This document shows, piece by piece, positions 1 to 13,715 of a DNA stretch of 64,000 nt; the stretch's first letter is position 1; every line of letters begins with the position of its first letter. The stretch lies in NCBI GenBank assembly GCA_951406725.2, contig OX597834.1, positions 39,432,001-39,496,000 on the forward strand, read 5' to 3'. Below the pieces are notes generated by a model. That model did no database searches and was not told the DNA's origin. It was given only the letters and a program-made list of their open reading frames with translations. The DNA comes from Octopus vulgaris. Its lineage: Eukaryota. The translations under genes and the position numbers were made by a program.

Positions 1-147
1 AATAATAATAATCCAGCTACTAACTTCCATCCGCTGTTCACGTGATCTATGTGTAACTAAAATCTTGTTCCTGGTTAGGAGCATTTGAGACACTATTTGT
101 AACATTTGAAATATATTTTATGACGTTACGTAGTCGCGTCAACTAAA

Positions 148-621
148 TATTGGGTTGTCCGGAAAGTTCGTGCGGATTTTTAAAGGAAAGAAAAAGGTCA
201 ATAAATACTTGCCATTACATTTTTAATCAACCAAATATGAACCATTTTGTTGCACAATGCGTCTCCATCTTTCCTTTAACTTGAAAATACCCTCTTCCCA
301 GAATTGAAGTGGTTTCATGGCAAAGAATTCATCAAGGTATCTTTTTATGTCATCCAAGGAATTGAAATTTTATCTTTAAGACTATTCATCGCAGCCGAGC
401 TGCAGCAATTTTTGTCTGGTTCCCAAAGCATCAAGTGCCGAAAATGAACTTTCTTATCTTCCATCTTAAAGGGTTACAGAATTAACACAGGTTATAGGAA
501 CAGAAACCTTCTTCCAAGAAAAGATAGCTTAAACTGTGCTCTAAATGGAGGCGTAGTCAAGTCCTATTTTATGGACTCAACCATGTTCTAAAATAAGTCG
601 AAAGGTAAGCTACTATAAATA
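148..621 (-). mobile_element. Internally deleted mariner transposon (one TIR plus transposase N- and C-terminal remnants)
   Basis: TA at 148-149 is followed by a mariner-type TIR, TTGGGTTGTCCGGAAAGTTCGTGCGGATTT. The minus strand of 223-370 translates NFNSLDDIKRYLDEFFAMKPLQFWEEGIFKLKERWRRIVQQNGSYLVD* (mariner C-terminus). About 390-430 gives ETRQKLLQLG, and ATG at 464 gives MEDKKVHFRH (mariner N-terminus). The second TIR is missing, replaced by a SINE tail at about 622. Confidence 0.85.
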
Positions 622-682
622 GGAACCCAAGAAACCGGCCCTTATGAATTTATATGATTCAGAAAGGTTCTTTATCCTTATC
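622..682 (+). mobile_element. 3' tail fragment of SINE family C variant
   Basis: GAAACCGGCCCTTATGA...GATTCAGAAAGGTTCTTTATCCTT resembles the tail of the SINE at 59917-60153 (GGAAAGCGGCCCTTATGG...GACTCGAGAAGTTACCTTTACCTT). Confidence 0.5.
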
Positions 683-728
683 CTATCACCACTATTTTAT
701 TAGCACCATCTGAAGATGGTCTCAGCAC

Positions 729-768
729 CATCTGAAGATTGGTACTTGGCCTGAAACTCTGAGTAACG
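729..768 (+). ncRNA. Degenerate Penelope-type hammerhead ribozyme motif
   Basis: CTGAAGA (732-738) ... GAAA (753-756), then CTC-T-GAG TA. Helices I and II are imperfect. It is preceded by a short direct duplication, AGCACCATCTGAAGAT. Confidence 0.4.
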
Positions 769-1077
769 CATTAAGTTCTCTTTACTTTTAGCCTTAAAGT
801 TATTTCGTAAGTAGAAAGTCCTGCGTAACAACACGTATGTGTATGACTGTATTTGTATAGATGTATGCATATGCTTGTATGTGTACGGGAAATAGAGAAA
901 AAGAAAGACAATTAAAAGCAGAAAATCAGATGCACAGAAAGACAGACAGATAGCTAGACAGATAGACTTACAGAGGGCAGACAGTAGAACAGTGGGACAG
1001 ACAAGCAGGCTGGCATACAGACAGACAGATATATAAGTTGATAGATCGACGAGGACAGACACAGGCAGAGAGACAGA

Positions 1078-1177
1078 NNNNNNNNNNNNNNNNNNNNNNN
1101 NNNNNNNNNNNNNNNNNNNNNNNNNNNNNNNNNNNNNNNNNNNNNNNNNNNNNNNNNNNNNNNNNNNNNNNNNNNNN
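1078..1177. other. Assembly gap (100 N)
   Basis: Run of exactly 100 N, typical of a fixed-size scaffolding gap. Confidence 0.99.
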
Positions 1178-1280
1178 TAGACAGGTTTTTAGTGAAGTAA
1201 CCCCAAATTTTGACCAAGAGTAGCAACTGAAAGGAGATAGTGCAATGTCAGAGCAATGTATTTCCAAACTTGCTTATGGC

Positions 1281-1340
<60 letters not shown>

Positions 1341-1341
<1 letters not shown>

Positions 1342-1472
1342 CCTTTCTACTATAGGCACAAAGCCTGAAATTTGTGGGGAGGGGGTAAGTTGATTATATC
1401 GACCCCAGTATTCAACTGGTACTTAATTTATCGACCCCGAAAGGATGAAAGGCAAAGACGACCTCGGCAGAA
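1341..1472 (-). mobile_element. SINE family A, 5'-truncated, (ATT)n-type tail
   Basis: The reverse complement contains TTTGCCTTTCATCCTTTCGGGGTCGATAAATTAAGTACCAG, shared with all family A copies. It ends in the (AAT)n run at 1284-1340. Confidence 0.85.
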
Positions 1473-1490
1473 CTAATAACAATAATAAAT

Positions 1491-2034
1491 GCCGTGGTGC
1501 AGTACCAGGCAGTGGCTCTCATGGCTTCTGATCTTAACTGATTGGAAGTGTTATCATGTACATTGTTTTGTCTTGGTATAAAAGATGGACTACAGCAAAT
1601 ATTCTGCTCAATACCACAGATTTGCTTGTTAGTTGTTTGACCTTAACCAATTGACCATGTCCCTTGGTGGCTGACGATATGTGCATCTCTGATCACGAAT
1701 AGAAGTAGTGGGGGAGCATCATAGCCATGTATTGAGAAGAATTCTTTGGAGTTTGAATAATTCACGTCTGGAAACATAGGTGTTTCGTTCAACAATCCTT
1801 ATTCAGGGACCTTTTGAGCGGGATGGGCTACTCGACCAGAAGAAAATTCTAACTGGGCCCCACCTGCAAGGTCAAGTGCTGTTTATCTTGATATGAGATC
1901 ACCATGTCGCGCATATATGTTTGTGATGCATGTGCCTGGTGTACCCTTATCAGACGGGTAGTCATGATGGGTATACTGGGTTTCGTATATTTTACCGCAG
2001 TGTCACTTTGATGGCATGCACTGCTCTCTCACTC
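1491..2034 (+). mobile_element. Interspersed repeat embedded in (AAT)n, probably the 3' region of a non-LTR retrotransposon (family E)
   Basis: About 545 bp of non-coding sequence flanked by AAT repeats. A partial second copy lies at about 2578-2688 (GGGGAGCATCATA.CCATGT.TTG...GAATTCTTTGG...CTGGAAACAT). Confidence 0.6.
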
Positions 2035-2035
2035 A

Positions 2036-2138
<103 letters not shown>

Positions 2139-2160
2139 CAACAACAATAATAATGATAAT

Positions 2161-2313
2161 AGAGCTCCTTTAGAAAGTTTGTCTCTTTGGGCAGCAAGGT
2201 TTATCGGGAGGGTTCTAAGCACTTGATGACTTGTGGATACCTAAGGTTACAGGTTGTAACCTGCTACCCATATAATTCCTAGCAGGAATAAGACCGAATG
2301 TGAACCAAACCAA
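2161..2313 (+). mobile_element. 3' end of R4/Dong-clade (REL endonuclease) non-LTR retrotransposon inserted in (AAT)n
   Basis: With one frameshift it reads LL*KVCLFG-AARFIGRVLST*, matching the R4/Dong C-terminal motif LQKxxLLGTARIxRxVL. A short 3' UTR follows, with (AAT)n on both sides. Confidence 0.7.
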
Positions 2314-2338
2314 AATAATAATAATAATAATAATAATA

Positions 2339-2530
2339 GTTTCAAATTTTGTCACAAGGCGAGCAATTTCGGCGGAGAGGTTGGAATCGATTACATCAAC
2401 CTCAGTGCTTGACAGGTACTTATCTTATTGACCTCGAAAGGATGAAAGACTAGGTCAACCTTGACAGAATTTGAATCCAGAACGTAAAGTCGGACGAAAT
2501 GCAAGTAAGCATTTTGTCCGACGTCACCGA
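2339..2530 (-). mobile_element. SINE family A, diverged
   Basis: GGTACTTATCTTATTGACCTCGAAAGGATGAAAG...AATTTGAATCCAGAACGTAA is the reverse complement of the family A body. Confidence 0.75.
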
Positions 2531-2790
2531 AAATTTTACAATCTAGTGTGATTCAGTGATTGTTGCTCGGAGACCAGACATCTCTCATCACATGCTGAAA
2601 TAGTTGGGGAGCATCATAACCATGTGTTGGGAGGAATTCTTTGGGGAAATTCTGGAAACATGTTCAGCATCCTTAAACAACCCTTATTAGAAAAAAAAAA
2701 AGTCAGATAAACAAACAAACCAAAAAGCTGGATTGTCATGACCGGAATGTCTTTGATCATATGTCTGCTAACCTAGGGCTAAAGGGATGC

Positions 2791-2858
<68 letters not shown>

Positions 2859-3619
2859 CAGCAGCAGCAGCAGCAGCAGTAACAAAACCGTTTCACATCT
2901 ACCCACACAAAATGGAAGATCTTGTAAAGATCAAATGAAAATGTTTGAAGTTAAACAAAACTGAAAGAAAAACCTGTTGTGTTTTATTTTATTTCATTTT
3001 ATTTTATTTTAGGTTGTTTTTTCCTCTTTTTCTTCTAATTTTGTCTTTTGTTCTTCTCGTATTCGATATCAATATCACTAGTAAAACATCAGCAATATTC
3101 TAGGAATATATAATAATTTCTTTGTCTGCTATTTTCACTATTTTTCTTGATAATTCCCGTCATCGCTCTCCATCGTAATCTCCATATTTAATCTTAATTT
3201 AAAAACTCAAACAAAAGCTATTTCGGCGGTAACAACAAGAACACCACCAACACCACCAACAACAACAATAACAGTGACAGCAACAACAACAACATCAACG
3301 ACCACGAAATCATTGATCGTCAGACAAAATGAAAGTCTTTGCGTTAAGATTTCGTTAATTAAGCTATTATAATATTCCAGGGTGTAGTTAGTTAAAAACA
3401 AGGAAGATGAGCAAAAACAGAAAATAAAAGAAATAATAAAATAAAAATAAAAAAAGCTAATAAGATATTTAAAAATCTATATAATTAATATTAATTTTAT
3501 TTACCAGCGTGAAGAAACTTTCCACCAATTTCTTCAGAATAATCTAGCCATGATGGAAATCTCTTTTTGGGAGTTCTCAATGGAAGCTAGATTGAAATGG
3601 CGTCCATTTCATTCCAGCA

Positions 3620-4377
<758 letters not shown>

Positions 4378-4535
4378 CCATTCAATAATCGCTGTGATAA
4401 TAGTTCGATCTGGAAAGGCAACAAAAACAAAAACAAAGAAGAAAAAAAGCACAAAAAAGTAGAAATTAACTTAGAGGACTTCAAAGAATGTTATTAGTTA
4501 AATTAAACCATTTAAAAACGTGATGCAATTGATTT

Positions 4536-4610
<75 letters not shown>

Positions 4611-4778
4611 TCACTACTACCACAGTAAAATCAGCAACAATGATACCAACTGTTGTTAACAATGATGATGATGATGATGATGATGATGACTGATAATGAT
4701 CACCAACACCATCATCAACATCATCATCATCATAATCAACATCACCTTCATCATCATCATCATCATCATCATCACCAC

Positions 4779-4811
<33 letters not shown>

Positions 4812-4870
4812 AGTATCAACATCATCATCACCATCATAGCATCATCATCATCATCACCATCATCATCATC

Positions 4871-4916
<46 letters not shown>

Positions 4917-5018
4917 CCATCATCATCATCATCTTCATCATCATCATCATCATCATAGTATCAACATCATCATCACCATCATAGCATCATCATCATCATC
5001 ACCATCATCATCATCATC

Positions 5019-5080
<62 letters not shown>

Positions 5081-5141
5081 CATCACCATCATCATCATCA
5101 TCTTCATCATCATCATCATCGTCATCATCGTTATCATCATC
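4536..5141. repeat. (CTA)n followed by long (CAT)n trinucleotide tract
   Basis: Direct inspection; includes an internal duplication of TAGTATCAACATCATCATCACCATCATAGC. Confidence 0.95.
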
Positions 5142-5684
5142 AGCTATTAATTCCTTACGTAGATCAATATTCGATAGTTAACGGCGCACTGAAGTCGCTG
5201 TTGGTGTGTTGGATAATCGGTGGAGCATCAAGTAGAATAAGAAGCTGGGTGTCATATTTGGTGCTTAGCTATATTCATTTTATATTCCGTAAGTTCAAAT
5301 CCCAAGTGCGACTGATTCTGCTTTTCTCCCTTCCTGGGTAAAATATAAAGCAGGTGCTAGTCAAGGCGGGGTTGCTTTAATAAGCTGACTCCTTGGTGGG
5401 TCCCATACCTTCTTTTTCTGGGGGCGATATAATTCATGAGGTGGGGTGATAACTAGATCTTATCGCAGGTGTTCCGGGAAGGCTATTCGACCATGTTATC
5501 AAACAATTTTCGTCACTTCCGGTGCAGGTGCATTATGGTATACCTTGCTTGAAAAGAAGCAGCCGCCATTATAAACATAATTGGTCAGGTATAGATCTTT
5601 ATATCTTTTATTTCTTACTTGCTTCATTCATTGGAGTGCGGCCATGTTTAGTCGAACAAATCGAGTCTGGAACTATTTTATCAG

Positions 5685-6300
5685 TCTCCTCGGAACTTTC
5701 CAAGAAGGCTCTCCTCTTCGGAACTTTCCAGTAAGTCATCCCTCCTCGGTACATTCCAGGAAGACCTCCGCTCTTCGGAAGTTTCCAGGAAGTCTCGGAA
5801 GTTTCTAGGAATTCTCCCCTCCTCGGAACTTTGAAGGAAGTTCTCCTCCTCGGAGTTTTCAAGGAGGTCTCCTCCTCGGAACTTTTCCGGGCCATCCTTG
5901 GAATATTCCAGGTAATCTACCCTCCACGGAATATTCGAGGATCTCCTTCATCCTCCTCTGTACTTTACACGAACTTCTCCGTTGGTCGAAGTTTTCCATG
6001 TTCATCCTGCCCCTCCTCTGCCCACGGAACTTTCCAGGAAGTCCTCCATTCCTCGGATGTTTCAAGGAGTCCTTCCGATCCCTCCAGGAATTCAGCCCTC
6101 CGCTTACGCTCATCCTCTGAACTTTCTAGGATGTAGTCCTTCCTTCCTATCCTTCCCAAGCTCGAACATTTTCATGTATCTTCGCCCCTTCCTCGGAACT
6201 TCCCAGGAATTCCTCCGCTACTCGGATGTTTCCAGGAAGTCCTCCGCTCCTCGAAAGTTTCCGGGAAGTCTTCTCTCCTCGGTACTTTCCAGGAAGTTTT
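5685..6300. repeat. Degenerate minisatellite, about 28-bp unit (approx. CCTCCTCGGAACTTTCCAGGAAGTCCTC), about 22 copies
   Basis: CGGAACTTTC-like cores recur at 5691, 5719, 5747, 5776, 5824, 5851 and 5877, mostly 26-29 bp apart. Confidence 0.9.
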
Positions 6301-6329
6301 GTCTTTTTGAGGCTCAAGACTTTTCATAC

Positions 6330-6662
6330 ACCCCTCGTATATTATGACTGACAATGGGATTGTACCTAGAAAGTTACCCTCGCAGGCACAAGTCCGGGCA
6401 AGGTTGTTTTTCAAGGAAGACCAGCAGTTGCTCATGGATGCCACCTTCCCCTCTCCACGCCACCAGTGTTATCCAAGGGAAAGACAAAGGTCGATACAGC
6501 TTGGCACCAGTGACGTCGCAACTCATTTCTACAGCTGAGTGAACTACGGCAACGTGAAATAAAGTCTCTTGCTCAAGAACACAACACGCAGCCCGGTATT
6601 GGAATTCGAACTCACAACCTCACAATTGTAGGCTCGACGCTCTAACCACTGAGCCATGCTCC

Positions 6663-6664
<2 letters not shown>
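6330..6664 (-). mobile_element. SINE family C, near full length (tRNA head, CORE-like box)
   Basis: Reverse complement of the copy at 53849-54188: A box TGGCTCAGTGG, B box GTTCGAATTCC, then GTGTTCTTGAGCAAGA.ACTT. Confidence 0.9.
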
Positions 6665-6756
<92 letters not shown>

Positions 6757-7078
6757 TGTGTAGAAATATGTATATATGTATACACATTTACACATAAAAG
6801 CATATGAATATATATATTGAGCTTTCAATCGTTAACACACATCACATGCATACGTTCAGACATAAACAATATTTGGTCATTCACCCATCCACATACTCAT
6901 TCATTCATAATTACACATAATTATCCATACACATACATGCACAAGCACATACATCCACAGTCATATATATGCATATACACTACTATACATATACATGCAT
7001 ACTGACATTTCAGCATACATTTATACGCCATCCTGGAATACACATACACACGCACATACCCAAATACTTACATAAATA

Positions 7079-7086
<8 letters not shown>

Positions 7087-7116
<30 letters not shown>

Positions 7117-7260
7117 CATACAAACATTCATACATACATACATACATGCATACATACATACATACATACATACATACATACATACATACATACATACATA
7201 CATACAGAAACGTATATTTTCATACACATATACACTACTGAAAACATACACGCATGTATC

Positions 7261-7322
<62 letters not shown>

Positions 7323-7374
7323 TGTATGTATGTATGTATGTATGTATGTATGTATGTATGTATGTATGTATGTA
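7087..7374. repeat. (CATA)n and (TATG)n tracts in inverted orientation
   Basis: (CATA)n at about 7087-7205 and (TATG)n at about 7277-7374. Confidence 0.9.
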
Positions 7375-7522
7375 TACACACACATACGGAATATAAAATG
7401 GCAAACAACCATGATTCAGAATTGCCAAAGACTGGAGTCGGAAGTTGGAATTCTGGCTACGTATGGCTTATTTTTAGAATGACATTCCTACCTCCTTTAG
7501 ACATGCTCCAACGCCTACATGA

Positions 7523-7565
<43 letters not shown>

Positions 7566-7729
7566 TGCACACACATACACACACATACACACCAACCTTT
7601 ATACACACACATACACTCATATATACGTTATATATATATAAATATTTATATATGTAGATATATATATATACATGTTTATATATATACACATATACATACA
7701 AACAAACGTGTGCATATATATATACACAT

Positions 7730-7812
<83 letters not shown>

Positions 7813-8049
7813 TGAATACGCGTGAATGTGTGTATACGTGTATGTGAACGTAATCTTTGAGAGTGTGAGGGGCAGTCATGTTGTGGTTCGAGGTGATAGA
7901 CCCAGTGTGGAGGCAATTGTTCAAATACCTTGTAGAATGTTTAATATACACAAACCGGATATTTAAAACTACGTCCATAATATTAATCAGGACCACCACA
8001 CACACACATTGATTCCCTCGCCTCCTTACTTCACACTCTGTTTTTCAAA

Positions 8050-8075
8050 TATATACATGAATACACACACACACT

Positions 8076-8114
<39 letters not shown>

Positions 8115-8245
8115 TTACATACATATACATGTATATATAAATATGTGGATAAATACATATGAATGTACACCTACATACATATATATATATATATATACAC
8201 ACACACGAACATACGCGAGAGTGTAAGAGTATGCAGCTTGGTAGG

Positions 8246-8290
<45 letters not shown>

Positions 8291-8297
8291 AATATGA

Positions 8298-8362
<65 letters not shown>

Positions 8363-8391
8363 AATATGAATATATATATACATATATATAT

Positions 8392-8481
<90 letters not shown>

Positions 8482-9580
8482 CAATATATATATATACATA
8501 TATATATATACATATTGTATATATATAATACATACATATATATATATATATAATATATATATATATACATGTATATATATATTCACATATACATATGCAC
8601 TTATATATTCACACATGCATATATTCATAAATACATACATCTTTGTATATAAATACACACACACACACACACACCCGCCCGCATCTCTCCTGCAATTCCC
8701 CAGTATATTTAGTGTATTTGATTTCTATTCATCGATACACTCAATCAATCACTCATTCTTCGATATTTCCTTCCTACCACTCCTACCCTTCACCACCAAC
8801 CCACCCCTACCCCACCCCCGCATCGTTTCCCCTTCTCCTCCTCCTCCCCCTCCTTTCTTTCCGCTTCCTTCTTCGCCTTTCTCCTATCCTCATTTTATTT
8901 ATTTTTCTAATTTTATCGTAATATCATCGAGGTTTGTGTTGGAGTACTTGGTGGTGGTGGTGGTGGTGGTGGTGGTGGTGGTAGTTGCAGTGGTGATAGT
9001 GGTAGAGGTGGTAGTGTTGGAAGTGGTGGTTGTTTTGGCTGCAGTTGTGGTGGTGATGGTACTGCTGTTGTTGGTGATGGTACTGCTGTTGTTGGTGGTG
9101 GTTGTAGCGGTGGTGGTGGTGGTGGTGGTGGTGGTGGTGGTAGTGCTGGTGGTAGTCGTGGTGGTAGTTGTGGTGATTGTGGTGGTATTGCAGGGGTGAG
9201 AGTGGTATCGGTGGTAGTGTTGGAAGTGGTGGTTCTTTTGGCTGCAGTTGCGGTAGAGATTCTGGTTGTGGTGGTGTGGTACTGCTGTTGTTGGTGGTGG
9301 TTGTACCGGTGGTGGTGGTGGTGGTGGAGGTGGTGGTAGTACTTGCAGTGATGATAGTGGTAGCGGTGGTAGTGTTGGAAGTGGTGGTGGTCGTGGTGGT
9401 AGTTGTGGTTGTGATGGTACTGCTTTTGTTGATGGTGGTTGTGGTTGCTGTGGTAGTGGTGGTGGTGCTGGTGTTGGTGGTGCTGGTGCTGGTATGGTGG
9501 TGGTGCTAGTGGTGGTGGTGGTGGCGGAGATGATGGTGGTGTTATTGGTAATGGTGTTAGTGGTGGTGGTGGTGGTACGT
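8050..9580. repeat. (TA)n-rich tract followed by degenerate (GGT)n tract
   Basis: TA-rich 8050-8675; GGT/GTT-rich 8950-9580, the source of the poly-Val and poly-Gly ORFs. Confidence 0.9.
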
Positions 9581-9684
9581 TCGTGTTGGTGTTTGTAGTG
9601 TTAATTTTTAGTGTTGTAATATTTTTGCTTATATTACAGTAATAGAACTACTACTACTACCACTACTACTACTACTACTACTAC

Positions 9685-9721
<37 letters not shown>

Positions 9722-10140
9722 CGCTGGTCTTGTTCTTGTTCTTGTTATAGTTGTAATAGGTGAATAGCAAGAGAGAGAACCAAAAATGTTGAACGTGGTC
9801 CGCCTCCGCCTCCTCTCCCTCTCCCTCCCCTCCCTCCCTACATCTCTCCCACTGTGACAAACCAGCCGTGGCTGTTCCGTAACATGGGCAACTGGTGAGT
9901 TCCACCCGGGAACCGGAATAGCAGAGTTCCTGTTACACGTCTAGTTGTGTGTTCATTGTGCAGTTACCTGCAGCTTGATGCACAATGAAGCACTCACCTA
10001 TATACAACCGCACCACAATGGTGCAATTGTAGCATGGCCGGTTTTATGGTTGTACATAATGAGAAACGGGGAGAAATAGCGGCACACAAAAAAGGAAAAG
10101 GGGGCGGAGGATGGAATGCTGTGTTGTAATTTCGGCCGCT

Positions 10141-10187
<47 letters not shown>

Positions 10188-10349
10188 CGGTAGTAGCAAC
10201 AACAATAACAACAACAATATCAACAACAGTCATAATAATAATAATAATAATCACAACAGTCGCAACAACAACAATATAGAAAACCGAGCCAACGAATGAA
10301 CTTATATATCGCCGCTAGACATTCTAGAAATAGCAGCCAAATCTGTTTT

Positions 10350-10369
10350 TCCCTCTCTCTCTTTCTTTA

Positions 10370-10414
<45 letters not shown>

Positions 10415-10670
10415 CTCTATCTCTATCTCTATTTCTATCTCTATTTCTATCTCTATCTCCCATCTCTTTTCCTCTCCTTTCCCCTTTCTCTCTCTCTCCC
10501 TCTCTCTCTCTCTCTATCTATCTCTATCTCTATATCTTTTTCTCTCCTTTCCCCTTTCTCTCTCTCTCTCTCTCTCACTCACTCCCTATCTATCTATCTA
10601 TCTATCTATCTCTATCTCTATCTCCCATCTCTTTTCCTCTCCTTTTTCCCTTTCTCTCTCCCTCGCTCTC
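10350..10670. repeat. (CT)n/(CTAT)n polypyrimidine tract with local duplication
   Basis: ATCTCCCATCTCTTTTCCTCTCCTTT occurs twice, at about 10455 and 10620. Confidence 0.9.
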
Positions 10671-11047
10671 AAATCACTGGGATCTCATATAAGGAAAAGA
10701 CACATTGAATAAAGTACTCTTAGACATAATAACTCTAAAATGACCGGATGGTCACGGCTGGAATATTTTCGATTATTGATTTACTGGATCAGAGTTGCCA
10801 TGGGCTACAATTCAACACCGACCACACAAAACTACCGCTTCTATTAGTATAGAAACAAAGTCACACATTTCGAGGGGCAGGGCATATAGCAAAATGTATT
10901 CAGGCAGTTCATAAAATGCCAATTCGGTATTTTATTCTATCAAACCCAGGATAACGAGAAGCCAAACAGACAAAGTACGATTTGAACTCAAAATCTGAGG
11001 ATTCGTACTAAAATAGCAACTTCAACAACAGCAACAGCAGCAACTGT

Positions 11048-11175
11048 GGAAGTGCTATGGCCAAGTGGTTAGGGCAGCGGACTCGCGGTCGTAAGAACGC
11101 GGTTTCGATTCCCAGACTGGGCATTGTGAGTGTTTATTGAGCAAAAACACCTAAGATCCACGAGGCTCCGGCGGT
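11048..11175 (+). mobile_element. SINE family D, 5' part only (tRNA-like head)
   Basis: TGGCCAAGTGGTTAGGGCAGCGGACTCGCGGTCG...GGTTTCGATTCCCAGAC matches the full copy at 37655-38038. Confidence 0.85.
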
Positions 11176-11236
11176 GGAACTCTCATTTTGGTAATGTTAT
11201 AATTGTCTTGTTTAGAAACAATAATTTTGTGCTCTA

Positions 11237-11605
11237 AGGCGGCGAGCTGCAGAAACGTTAGCGCGCCGGGTGAAATGCGTAGCCGTATTTCGTTTGCCGT
11301 TACGTTCTGAGTTCAAATTCCGCTGAGGTCAACTTTGCCTTTCATCCTTTCGGGGTCGATACATTAAGTGCCAGTTACGCACTGGGATCGATGTAATCAA
11401 CTTAATCCCTTTATCTGTCCTTGTTTGTCCCCTCTATGTTTAGCCCATTGTGGGCAATAAAGAAATAAAGAAATGTTAGCACGCTGGGCGAAATGCTTAG
11501 CGGTATTTCGTCTGCTATTACGTTCTGAGTTCAAATTCGACTTTACCTTTCACCCTTTCGGGGTCAATTAAATAAGTACCAGTTACGCATTGGGGTTGAT
11601 ATAAT
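11237..11605 (+). mobile_element. SINE family A, full copy plus head-truncated second unit in tandem
   Basis: AGGCGGCGAGCTG...GAGTTCAAATTCC (B box)...CCTTTCATCCTTTCGGGGTCGAT. The second unit restarts at AGAAATGTTAGCACG (about 11469). Confidence 0.9.
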
Positions 11606-11671
11606 ACAGATACACATACATATACACACACATTCATACATACATACATATACATTCATACATACATATAT

Positions 11672-11836
11672 ACGACAGGCTTCTTTCAGTTTCCATCTAC
11701 CAAATCCACTCACAAGGCTTTGGTCGGCCCGAGGCTATAGTAGAAGACACTTGCCCAAGGTGACACGCAGTGGGACTGAACCCGGAACCATGTGGTTCAT
11801 AATCAAGCTACTTACCACACAGCCACTCCTACGACT
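11672..11836 (-). mobile_element. SINE family B, 5' half
   Basis: Reverse complement of AGGAGTGGCTGTGTGGTAAG...GGTTCAGTCCCACTGCGTG.CACCTTGGGCAAGTGTCTTC. Confidence 0.9.
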
Positions 11837-11839
11837 ATG

Positions 11840-11887
<48 letters not shown>

Positions 11888-12367
11888 TAAACATATATAT
11901 ATATACACACATATATATAAACACACATGTGACATATTATTAATAAAACATGACAAGTTAAACCTTTGATATTTCCACACCATTTTTTCGCTCCACCAAT
12001 ATTATTTGTTCCATTAATGCCTCCGCAGAAGGCAGTTGATCGTTGAGTCTTTACAGAATGTCATACGAAATTCCTTGCGGTATTTTTTCTCGCGCTTTGC
12101 TTCCTAAGTTCAAATCCCAAGAAATCATCTTCACCTTCTTTAAGGAAGCGACTCTGGCAAAAAAAAAAAAAAAAAAAAATTCGAAAGAATCCTTTTGGCG
12201 TTGATGGTATTTCTTACTTCAGAGGTTAATAAATGTGTAAAAACCCCAACGGCCGGAGTATTCCTGTAGGATGCGACAATCCCTGATATTATGAACTTTG
12301 GAGCATTTGTGGGTGAAATAATGAATGATATATAATGGAGTGTATGTTGTCGCAGGTATTGGTTTAA

Positions 12368-12605
12368 AGGCGGCGAGCTGGCAGAAACGTTAGCATGTCG
12401 GGCGAAATGTTTAGCGGTATTTCGGCTGCCGGTACGTTGTGAGTTCAAATTCCGCCGAAGTTAACTTTGCCTTTCATCCTTTCGGGGTCGATAAATTAAG
12501 TACCAATTACGCACTGGGGTCGATGTAATCGACTTAATACCTATGTATGTCCTTGTTTGTCCCTTCTGTGTTTAGCCCCTTGTGGGTAATAAAGAAATAG
12601 GTATT
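12368..12605 (+). mobile_element. SINE family A, full length
   Basis: AGGCGGCGAGCTGGCAGAAACG head, B box GAGTTCAAATTCC, conserved central box, tail AATAAAGAAATAGG. A family B 3' fragment follows at about 12615-12710. Confidence 0.9.
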
Positions 12606-13209
12606 GGTTTGGTATTGGATTGTTTACGTCCTTGTAACGTAGCGGTTCGGCTAATGAGGCCGACAGAATAAGCGCCAAGTAGCTGTGTTAAAAATAAGCC
12701 ATGAATTAATTTTAATACCCAAATTAAATGTACGACAATTTTCCCCTTGAAGTTCCGCACTTTCTCCACTACCATCCACTTACCAGTCGAATGTCAACCA
12801 GGAAACATGGCATATTTCAACACGGATTCCCAAGAACCATTTCTCTATTCCTCCACCATACATTGTACATTGTCCATCATCTTTATAGTTATTTAACAAA
12901 ATTATCACATGACCACATCGAAGAACACAATCTGTTCCAACCGCTAAATTGCAGTGTACTAAATCTGGTAAATACCCACGAGGAAAAAAAATGCCAGGAG
13001 TTTTGTCTTTTAATCAATTTGCAGTAATTCTTAATGGACTCATAAACTGATGCCAAGAATCGGATTAAATTCTCAAATATCATTTATGTCGTATAAAATA
13101 ATTATTTAGCCGAGAATTAAGTCGGGATTAAAACACATTAGTTACAGGGGAAAATGAAATTATTTTCAAAATAAATCAATAATACATTAAAACGAGTGTA
13201 AAATCTGCA

Positions 13210-13265
13210 CATGTGTGTATATATATGTGTGCGTGTGTATATATATATATACATATATATATATG

Positions 13266-13315
<50 letters not shown>

Positions 13316-13639
13316 CATTTATATATACAAATACGCGCATAGATATATATTTATGCATATATATGATATGCGGATGTGTATAATGTATGTATGTATGTAT
13401 GTATGTATGTATGTATGTATGTATGTATGTATATATATATATATATATATATACATATAGATACATATATACTTATGCATATATACATATATATATATAT
13501 ATATGTATAACATTATACATGTACATATATATATATATCTGTACGTGTGTACATATACATTATCATATATGTGATTGTGTATACACTGAACATATAGTCT
13601 GCGTGTTCGTGTGTGTGTGTGTATGTTTGTGTGTGTGTA

Positions 13640-13671
<32 letters not shown>

Positions 13672-13715
13672 TGTGTGTGTGTGTGTACGTATGCATATAT
13701 ATATAGATGTATATA
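13210..13715. repeat. Compound (TA)/(TATG)/(TG) microsatellite
   Basis: Direct inspection. Confidence 0.9.

Noticed and set aside
954-1267. ORFs spanning the N run
   Set aside because: Artefacts of translating through the assembly gap.
7395-7525. Possible RTE 3' remnant ([10 protein letters not shown])
   Set aside because: The similarity is too short to support a call.
12720-13150. Non-repetitive stretch with short ORFs on both strands
   Set aside because: No recognisable motif in any frame. It may be an old transposon remnant, but cannot be classified by eye.
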